A stretch of DNA of 41,792 nt, taken from assembly GCA_964432435.1 (NCBI GenBank), contig CAYSNL010000004.1:1-41792 (forward strand), read 5' to 3'. Below are positions 35,303 through 41,792 of this stretch, one piece after another. The notes under the pieces are model-generated. The model saw nothing but the letters and a program-made list of their open reading frames with translations. It did no database searches and was not told where the DNA came from. Source of the DNA: Candidatus Woesearchaeota archaeon. Its GTDB lineage: Archaea > Nanobdellota > Nanobdellia > SCGC-AAA011-G17 > JACPIM01. The first letter of the stretch is position 1. Every line of letters starts with the position of its first letter. The translations under genes were made by a program, and so were the position numbers.

Positions 35303-35839
35303 TTATATTTTTTCTATTAGTACTTCATTTCCTTTACTTTCTAGCCTAATATTTAATTTATATCTGGAAGCTGCTAAATCAATGCATAAAGGATTACTAG
35401 GAGCAACTGTAAATTTGCTGTTTATATTTGCTTTTTCTGGCAAAGAAGCTGGATTTTCTCCTTTTGTCTTTTTTTCACTATATTTCCAAAAGACAACGTT
35501 ACTAGTACCTACTGAACCTAATAGTTTGCTCTTAAAGCTTGGATCATTACATTTACCTGTTAAACTACCAAAATCTTTATTTTGGGAATCAATAAAACAA
35601 AAACATTCTACGGAGTTTGGAAATGTGAAAGTGAATTTATTACTTGAGCCTTCTTCTAGATTATAAAAAGTTGTAACATCCTCATTTATTCTTTTGGCTA
35701 TATCTGCTATCTGAGCAAAATTAGCTCTTTCACTTAAATCATAATAAATTTTAATACCAAAAACAAGAACCATAGCTGCTACAACTATGGCAAAGATAAA
35801 AATGAATGGTTCACCGAAAATTTGGGCTCTTTTTTTCAT
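35303..35839 (-). CDS. Type IV pilin-like protein (class III signal peptide)
   Basis: True start at 35839: MKKRA/QIFGEPFIFIFAIVVAAMVLVFG; CFCF motif; C-terminal LESKG..VLI. Confidence 0.75.
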   Translation of the reverse strand: MKKRAQIFGEPFIFIFAIVVAAMVLVFGIKIYYDLSERANFAQIADIAKRINEDVTTFYNLEEGSSNKFTFTFPNSVECFCFIDSQNKDFGSLTGKCNDPSFKSKLLGSVGTSNVVFWKYSEKKTKGENPASLPEKANINSKFTVAPSNPLCIDLAASRYKLNIRLESKGNEVLIEKI

Positions 35840-35855
35840 GTTCTTGTTAAATTTT

Positions 35856-36122
35856 TTAGATATAAATCTTATCATGATGATCGAAATCATCAAAATAAAT
35901 AGTATCAGTATTTTTATTATATTGAAAAATTAAAACAAAGTGTCCGAGATGGACACTTTTTGAATCCTTCATAGAATATCTTAAATTTTTGTAATGATCT
36001 ATATCGATACAGTTTACTATTTCATTAATCTTTTTTATTAGTTGCTCATATAACCTTTTATCTTTTTTGGACAGTTTTTTAAGTATTTCTTGTAGATTCT
36101 CGCTTAGTTCAAAATTATGCAT
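35856..36122 (-). CDS. relE: RelE/ParE-superfamily (RelE/StbE-like) toxin
   Basis: LKKL.KKD..YEQL.KKI.EI, HYKNLRY, VHLGHFVLIF and FDDFDHHDKIY motifs; directly downstream of the antitoxin. Confidence 0.82.
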   Translation of the reverse strand: MHNFELSENLQEILKKLSKKDKRLYEQLIKKINEIVNCIDIDHYKNLRYSMKDSKSVHLGHFVLIFQYNKNTDTIYFDDFDHHDKIYI

Positions 36123-36130
36123 ATTGCCCC

Positions 36131-36367
36131 TTAACTCGTAGCTTTCCTTAATTCTTCTACTGAACTAAATTTAATATACTTGCCTTTTCTTATTTTTTCA
36201 AGCTTCTCCAAATATTCTGGCCTTAATTCTGGTTCCAATACTTCTTCCTCGTATTTTTCAATAATAATGCCTATTGCTTCTGATTTATCTTTTAAACCAT
36301 ATTTTGCTTTAACAATGTTTAAAATCCTATTCTTGTTTTCATCTAAATTTATCAATGCTTGTACCAT
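36131..36367 (-). CDS. Antitoxin (DUF2683-like)
   Basis: MVQALINLDE..NRILNIVKAKYGLKDKSEAI, LEPELRPEY and a C-terminal F.SVEELR; 78 aa, upstream of the toxin. Confidence 0.78.
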   Translation of the reverse strand: MVQALINLDENKNRILNIVKAKYGLKDKSEAIGIIIEKYEEEVLEPELRPEYLEKLEKIRKGKYIKFSSVEELRKATS

Positions 36368-36388
36368 ATTATTTCACCTTATTTTAAC

Positions 36389-36409
36389 TAAGCTAGACTT
36401 ATTTATAAA
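36389..36409 (-). promoter_or_regulatory. TA promoter: TATA (36402-36409) with adjacent inverted repeat TAAG-N5-CTTA (36389-36401)
   Basis: Minus strand reads GCAAAG-TTTATAAA-TAAGTCTAGCTTA-G..AAGGTGAAATAAT-ATG, giving BRE/TATA, a palindrome and an SD. Confidence 0.55.
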
Positions 36410-36430
36410 CTTTGCTATGCTTTTAAAATA

Positions 36431-39400
36431 TTAAGGATAAACTGTAAATGTAGATGGTGGATTATTAAACTCATCTGTACACTTTATTATATAAATTTGA
36501 TTTATTAAAGTAGCTTCATGGGTTATTGAATTTGGATTTGACATATCTGAACCAGAACCAAAGCTAAAGTCACTATCTGAATATTGACATGTTGAAGGTT
36601 CATCTGTTGTTATATGTAACGTGCCTGATTCTTTGTAAACTGAGACTAATTTGGGTGGTTCTTTATCGGCTTTTATAGAAAATTCTATGATATCTTTAGC
36701 CTCATTACCAGCTTTATCTACACAAGTTATATAGAACTTGTAGTTCCCTTCTTTTAAAGGAGATAAAGGTTGTGTACTTTCTGTTGATAAAGTATTTACG
36801 AAAGCAGGCATATTAGTGAATGGCATATTTTCTTGCTGTGAATAACCACAAATTGCCCTCCCTGATTCTGCTCCTTTTGATGTAGTAACTGATAAAACTA
36901 TATCACTGCCTGTTTTTAGTTCGCCTTGTGGTGACTTATCTACTATTTCCAATTTATTAGTTGAAATTAAAGTGTAAGGGTAGCCTTGAATGTTCTTGTT
37001 TCCTGCTTTATCTTTACATCTGAAATAATAAACATTTCTTATATTCCCTGGTGTTGGTGTTGGTTCTGATGAAGTTGATTCAGATGATGATGTAGACTGA
37101 GCTTTTTCTAAATTTAAAGTTGTTGAACATTGATAAGCCATATTAGACGAGATATCAATTCCTGAAGAAGCACAGTTAAATTGGTTTTGCATTGCATCAA
37201 AATCTATGTCTCTATTTGGTTCCCATTTACAAACCGCTGGTTCATTAACAAATATTGAAATAGGTGCTTCATTTATATTTTCTTGCATATACGTACCTGA
37301 AGTTATTGAAGTGCTCGTAATTTCTGGAGGGGATAAATCTGGACCTGCTTCAATTGCAAATTTAATGTAATAATCTTTACCATTTGCATTACCTGTTGAA
37401 TCTTTACATCTTAGATAAATAGTGTATTGGCCTCCATTTGTTAATTGCAAAGCTTGTTGGGTTGCTAAATCTGAAGGTAACATGAAGGTCATATTATGTT
37501 TTATTAAGAAATAGCTTGATCCAAAATCAAATTCCATTGCATCAAATGCATCTTTTGAATTTACTTTTTCAGAAGGTTTGGTTGTGAACTTGCATTGGGC
37601 AGCTTCATCTGTTATTAATCCTAATTTTACTGGTGTGAATGGTGGTATTTTATTTACAACTGTGAAACCATTATTTGAATCTTCCTGGATTTGATAAGCT
37701 TTCATATAATCTTTGTCTGGTCTTATTCTTGGTGAGGCAGCATCATTTGGTTGAATATTTGTACAAATTTCATGATCTGTTCCAGCATTTACAATTGAAC
37801 ATAATTTTCCTAATGATTTACATCTATATTCTGAACACGGTTTTGTTTCATCATTACATTTTTCACAATCAGAACCGCCATCTGGCGCTTCCCATGCCTT
37901 ACAAATAAACCCTACTTTTCCTTTTTGAGTATCTGCAGCTAACCAATCAACTAATTCATAAATTGTCCAGATCCAAGCTATTGCATTTGCTATACCCAAA
38001 GCATAACCTGCGTATGTTGGTGCAGGTGCTGCTGTGGCTGTGCTTGTTATGCTATTTTCTGTTACAACATTATTTCCGGTAACTCTAAATAAATCTTTTG
38101 ATCCTTCAACAGCTGAAATACCTGCAGGAGGAGTTTGAACTGTTGTCGGGGTTAAAATTTTTTGGCTTATTAATGTCTGAGCTTGTGGAGAGTTGATAGA
38201 ATACACACCTGGTGTAACACCTAAAGAAGGATTTACAATGGAAGGATTTACAATAACCTGATCACCACTAACTATAGCTGTTGGATTTATTGATGTATAA
38301 GTTTGCGTCTCTGTAAATTTAAATCCTCCTTTTATAAGTTCGCTTTGTGTAAATACTGTACGTGTTGGAATTGTCTGTCTCGCTGCAAAAGTTTGTGGTA
38401 GGGTAGTTAATTTCCCAAATCCTGCTGATTGTAACGAGCTTGCCATTGATGCTCTTCCAGCACCAGCAACACCACCAATACCGGCAAATGGTGCTATCAA
38501 AGTCATTGGACCAAGTAAAAATCCACCTGCCAATCCTGAAAGGCTGTTGGAAGCTAGTCCTATCAAACTGGTACCCCCAATTATAGTTAAGGGTAAAGCT
38601 GATTTTTTAAAGAAATCAGAAAATCCTGGTTTTTTAGGACCACCACCTGTTTTTGGTGGTTTTTCTAGAGCATATTTCAATAAATTTGGTCTTGCCCTTT
38701 CCATTAATTTTTCTCTAATTCTATCTGGAATTGCCAAAGCACCTTTAGGACCTTCTGCTTTTACATCAAAACCACCTTCTGTAAACACACCAACATAATT
38801 GAAGTAAGCACCACAATCTCCTATTGATCTACAAACAGAATGTGCTGCTGTAAATGCATCATCTGTTAAACATTGAGGATTATAGGTAACTTTCCAAGAA
38901 CTTTTACCTAATATATGATCCCAACCTGTTCTTGTAAATCCAACTTCACAATCAACATTAGCTTGAGAACAAATATCATTGCCTACTGAATCACCAGTAT
39001 AAACTCCACCCCCTTGGTTGGTAGGATTAGATGTACCTAAATTTAAATTTTGATTTCCTCTGATTTGTGGTGTATCTGCTGGTGAACCTGACGGTTGGCC
39101 GGGTGTTGCTGGTGTATTTATGATCGGTTGTTGATTTGGTTGGTTTGTAATTACTGGATTAGGATTCGGGTTAACTACCTGAGCGCCTGTTATTTCTAAA
39201 ATAGCACTACCCGTTGGATTATTTGTTGTTGATTGTCTGGATGAAATTAAATTATTATCAGCCCAAAATCTTAATCCCGGCTTTACTAAAGGAACACAAA
39301 TGCCTCCTTTATTTGAGATCCCGGAATTGAGGAAAGAACAATCTCTCGTAGAAATATCTTCACAACAAGATTGGACTTGTGATTGGGAAGATAAAGTATT

Positions 39401-40951
39401 GCATTGCGCGCATGTATCAAACCTATTTTGACGGCAAGCTGCTTCTGAATAACCTGAATCTGAGGATCCGAGATTATTTTTAGAAGGATCAAAAATATTA
39501 CCTAAAGGAGAAGATGAAAATGGAAGTTGAGGCAAATTCTTTGTAATTTCAAGAAATAAAGATGTTCCTTCGCCTGTAGTTGATTGATCATTTGAATACG
39601 ATTGGGTGCAAAGCTCTTCCCTAAAATCCTTACATGGTTCAATTATTTGTTCACCATTAATACAAGAAGCCCTAAAATGACGTGAACCTGCTCTATCTTG
39701 TGGGGCCCCGTATTCATCTGGGCCTATTGGACCATCATAAAGACACCAAGACTCGCCTAATTCCTTGCTGCCACCAGAGGCATCTGGAGAATTATTATCT
39801 TTTGTGGTGTCTTTACAATTAAGATCCTCGCAAATAAATTCACCATCTTTTTCCCCACAGAGAGTACCTTGAGTATAATCACAGTTTCCACAATTTTCAT
39901 CGTTTGGAGAAGCTGTACATAAAGAATCAGGATCTTGTAAAACTCTACCTTGACTATAGGATAAGGATTTTTTTTCTTGAGAGTTTCCTAGGAAAACATT
40001 TTCAGGATTATTACCTGAATCAAACCAGTAAACGTCTTCATTATAACAACTTAAATGATGTAATTTTGCAACTTCACATGGAAGTTCGTCATTGCTGCAT
40101 AAATAACCTTCAAAAAAACCCGTTTTTTCTTGTACTTCGGTGTTTTGATTAAAATTGGCTACTGCTTGGCCTGAAATTTGATTACTTTGTGATGTTGAAG
40201 AGGATGTTGGAGAGGTTGTTGTTTCTGTGCTTGATTTCTTGCAAACCGGCTTAGCATTTGGATCAGTGCTTATTTGAACTGGCTCTAAACCAGAGCAACA
40301 CTGTTGATTTAGGGAAGTATCAACAATTGAATTTTTAGGTATGCAATTTTCAAATCCAGGAGATTGCTGTTCTGGAGATGGCGGTAAAGTTTTTTGGATT
40401 CCACATTCTTCTGCTGTTGTAAATGAACATTGACCACGAGCTTGAACACAGCAACCTTTAACCCCTGACTTTACTGAAGATAAACAAGTATATTCATCTT
40501 GAATTCCTGGATCAAATTTCATTTCAACATTTGGATATTGGGAGGTTACTTGTTTACATTTTGTTAATGTTGAAATAAAAGCTTGATTACTTAACTGACA
40601 GCAACCCACTGAACATTGGGCTATTTGAGAACAATCACCTTTTTGGAAAGTTCTTTCTCCGGCGCTTTTACATTCTGAATTAGCAACATTATTAAAACAT
40701 TCACCGGAATCAGAATCAAAACAACAACCTAAACTACAATAGTCGGTGTTTTCACAGGTTGTAAGAGCATGTTGCTTTGTTTGATCACATTGAGACGAAT
40801 CTGTATAAACACAAAAATCTCCTGATGTTGTTTTTTCACAACATTCTTTATTTTCTTGAGCTTTTACTTTTGGTGCAAAGGATGGAAATGATAAAGTAGA
40901 AAAGACTATTAAAAATATCATAAGAATAGCTTTTTGCTTTACCTTGATCAT
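36431..40951 (-). CDS. Giant (1506 aa) secreted Cys-rich surface protein with internal hydrophobic segments and C-terminal Ig-like repeats
   Basis: Signal peptide (..KVKA/QE); GCC-type Cys repeats in the N-terminal half; Ser/Thr/Pro/Gln linkers; a Cys-free central region with two hydrophobic segments; repeated D..PP.I / T.E.A.C / Y.I.C.D..GN Ig-like units. Confidence 0.8.
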   Translation of the reverse strand: MIKVKQKAILMIFLIVFSTLSFPSFAPKVKAQENKECCEKTTSGDFCVYTDSSQCDQTKQHALTTCENTDYCSLGCCFDSDSGECFNNVANSECKSAGERTFQKGDCSQIAQCSVGCCQLSNQAFISTLTKCKQVTSQYPNVEMKFDPGIQDEYTCLSSVKSGVKGCCVQARGQCSFTTAEECGIQKTLPPSPEQQSPGFENCIPKNSIVDTSLNQQCCSGLEPVQISTDPNAKPVCKKSSTETTTSPTSSSTSQSNQISGQAVANFNQNTEVQEKTGFFEGYLCSNDELPCEVAKLHHLSCYNEDVYWFDSGNNPENVFLGNSQEKKSLSYSQGRVLQDPDSLCTASPNDENCGNCDYTQGTLCGEKDGEFICEDLNCKDTTKDNNSPDASGGSKELGESWCLYDGPIGPDEYGAPQDRAGSRHFRASCINGEQIIEPCKDFREELCTQSYSNDQSTTGEGTSLFLEITKNLPQLPFSSSPLGNIFDPSKNNLGSSDSGYSEAACRQNRFDTCAQCNTLSSQSQVQSCCEDISTRDCSFLNSGISNKGGICVPLVKPGLRFWADNNLISSRQSTTNNPTGSAILEITGAQVVNPNPNPVITNQPNQQPIINTPATPGQPSGSPADTPQIRGNQNLNLGTSNPTNQGGGVYTGDSVGNDICSQANVDCEVGFTRTGWDHILGKSSWKVTYNPQCLTDDAFTAAHSVCRSIGDCGAYFNYVGVFTEGGFDVKAEGPKGALAIPDRIREKLMERARPNLLKYALEKPPKTGGGPKKPGFSDFFKKSALPLTIIGGTSLIGLASNSLSGLAGGFLLGPMTLIAPFAGIGGVAGAGRASMASSLQSAGFGKLTTLPQTFAARQTIPTRTVFTQSELIKGGFKFTETQTYTSINPTAIVSGDQVIVNPSIVNPSLGVTPGVYSINSPQAQTLISQKILTPTTVQTPPAGISAVEGSKDLFRVTGNNVVTENSITSTATAAPAPTYAGYALGIANAIAWIWTIYELVDWLAADTQKGKVGFICKAWEAPDGGSDCEKCNDETKPCSEYRCKSLGKLCSIVNAGTDHEICTNIQPNDAASPRIRPDKDYMKAYQIQEDSNNGFTVVNKIPPFTPVKLGLITDEAAQCKFTTKPSEKVNSKDAFDAMEFDFGSSYFLIKHNMTFMLPSDLATQQALQLTNGGQYTIYLRCKDSTGNANGKDYYIKFAIEAGPDLSPPEITSTSITSGTYMQENINEAPISIFVNEPAVCKWEPNRDIDFDAMQNQFNCASSGIDISSNMAYQCSTTLNLEKAQSTSSSESTSSEPTPTPGNIRNVYYFRCKDKAGNKNIQGYPYTLISTNKLEIVDKSPQGELKTGSDIVLSVTTSKGAESGRAICGYSQQENMPFTNMPAFVNTLSTESTQPLSPLKEGNYKFYITCVDKAGNEAKDIIEFSIKADKEPPKLVSVYKESGTLHITTDEPSTCQYSDSDFSFGSGSDMSNPNSITHEATLINQIYIIKCTDEFNNPPSTFTVYP

Positions 40952-41752
40952 TTAAAGTCCTCTTCTTGGCTCGTCTTCAATGGCAAATTGAAATAGGAAT
41001 TCATCATCTGGACTAGGAATATCTTTAATTTTACAAATGTATAATTTATCGGGATATGGTTGAAGTTTTTGACAAATATATGGTTTATTTGTAATTTGAG
41101 TTTTTGCTACATTAAAGAGTAAAGTATCAAAAAAACCAGAGATACATTCTTCATTTACGATATCATGAGATGCTTCAAATAATCTTCCAAATGGTAAGTT
41201 TACATTAGTTGTGAATTTATCGTTTTCTACAAAGTTACCTCCTTTTGATATCCTAATTTTTTGATTTGCTGTTAATGCTGTTGTATCTTCACCTATATCA
41301 ACGTCAATTGATAAGTCACCTATCTCTTGTATATCCCAACCAATTTTTTTAAATGAAAGTATGTTTAAACACTGTGTTTTTAAATCATCTTTTAGTTTTA
41401 AAGAGAGCTCTTTTTCCATATCACTTTCTGTTAATATTCTGGTTCTACAATTTCTTTGATCTTGAATATTCCATCCGCGATAAGAAACTTTATTATTGAG
41501 ATAATTTATGTAAGTACCTTCTGTTGGATTTAAGTAACCACCTTGTAAAGCCATTTCTCTTATTCTTTGATCTCCTTTTTGGATCAAACAGTTTTGTATA
41601 TGTTCTTCTATTGGTGGGAATTCGTCTTGTAAACTTTTTTCAGTAGCTGTCCCAAAATAAACTTTTTCTCTTAAAAATAAAAATAAAGCAATTAGTACAA
41701 TTAATAATATCCCGATTATGGCAAAAGTAGAGACTTGTCCTCTTTTATTCAT
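40952..41752 (-). CDS. Type IV pilin-like protein (class III signal peptide)
   Basis: MNKRG/QVSTFAIIGILLIVLIALFLFL; conserved-looking IQNCL..MALQGGY motif; SD GAGGT upstream; stop abuts the start of the giant gene. Confidence 0.78.
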   Translation of the reverse strand: MNKRGQVSTFAIIGILLIVLIALFLFLREKVYFGTATEKSLQDEFPPIEEHIQNCLIQKGDQRIREMALQGGYLNPTEGTYINYLNNKVSYRGWNIQDQRNCRTRILTESDMEKELSLKLKDDLKTQCLNILSFKKIGWDIQEIGDLSIDVDIGEDTTALTANQKIRISKGGNFVENDKFTTNVNLPFGRLFEASHDIVNEECISGFFDTLLFNVAKTQITNKPYICQKLQPYPDKLYICKIKDIPSPDDEFLFQFAIEDEPRRGL

Positions 41753-41792
41753 ATTTTTATACCTCTTGTTTTTAAATTAATAAATGTTTCTA

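Noticed and set aside
3983-39492. Antisense or nested ORFs in the track (for example 3983..4405+, 5109..5312+, 8436..8654+, 16357..16665-, 19739..20125-, 20664..21050-, 23487..23852-, 30786..31046+, 35382..35666+, 38547..38798+)
   Set aside because: Each lies wholly within or opposite a longer gene with clear family motifs, and none has recognisable motifs or an SD/TATA. They are shadow ORFs.
1-41792. CRISPR array, rRNA or intact transposon
   Set aside because: No regularly spaced direct repeats, no long GC-rich structural RNA apart from the tRNA, and no complete transposase or terminal inverted repeats were found.

Overview
This is a very AT-rich, gene-dense window with frequent 1-4 nt gene overlaps, TATA boxes about 25-30 nt upstream of leaderless starts, GGAGGTG-type ribosome-binding sites and a BHB-intron tRNA. 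These features mark it as archaeal. The gene content (Methanococcales-type S-layer protein, K-K/R-A/G-Q class III signal peptides, form III RuBisCO nucleoside-salvage genes, many Cys-rich secreted proteins) points to a DPANN archaeon, Woesearchaeota/Pacearchaeota-like (inference). Contents in order: (1) a surface-glycosylation cluster (GT2s, GT-C/ArnT-PMT-like enzymes, flippase, MraY/GPT-type transferase, AsnB-type amidotransferase, methyltransferases, GT4, GDP-sugar SDR); (2) the complete AMP phosphorylase / ribose-1,5-bisphosphate isomerase / form III RuBisCO pathway split over two loci, with a HAD phosphatase and a secreted Cys-rich protein inside the RuBisCO operon; (3) a tandem array of five diverged paralogous small membrane-anchored beta-sandwich proteins; (4) a RimK ligase with an AbrB-like tail plus a retropepsin-like partner; (5) a surface protein with about 25 N-glycosylation sequons; (6) an unannotated Trm112 gene and a tRNA-Ser(UGA) with two non-canonical introns; (7) the S-layer gene; (8) a decayed IS6-like transposase remnant ahead of a small gene cassette; (9) five type IV pilin-like genes around a 1506-aa Cys-rich protein, interrupted by a toxin-antitoxin pair. 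The best candidates for undescribed biology are the paralog array, a recurring membrane-proximal [ILP]-[TS]-G-x-x-[AVIM] motif in many exported proteins, and the pilin/giant-protein locus with its internal hydrophobic hairpin. All calls come from reading the sequence by eye; no database searches were run.
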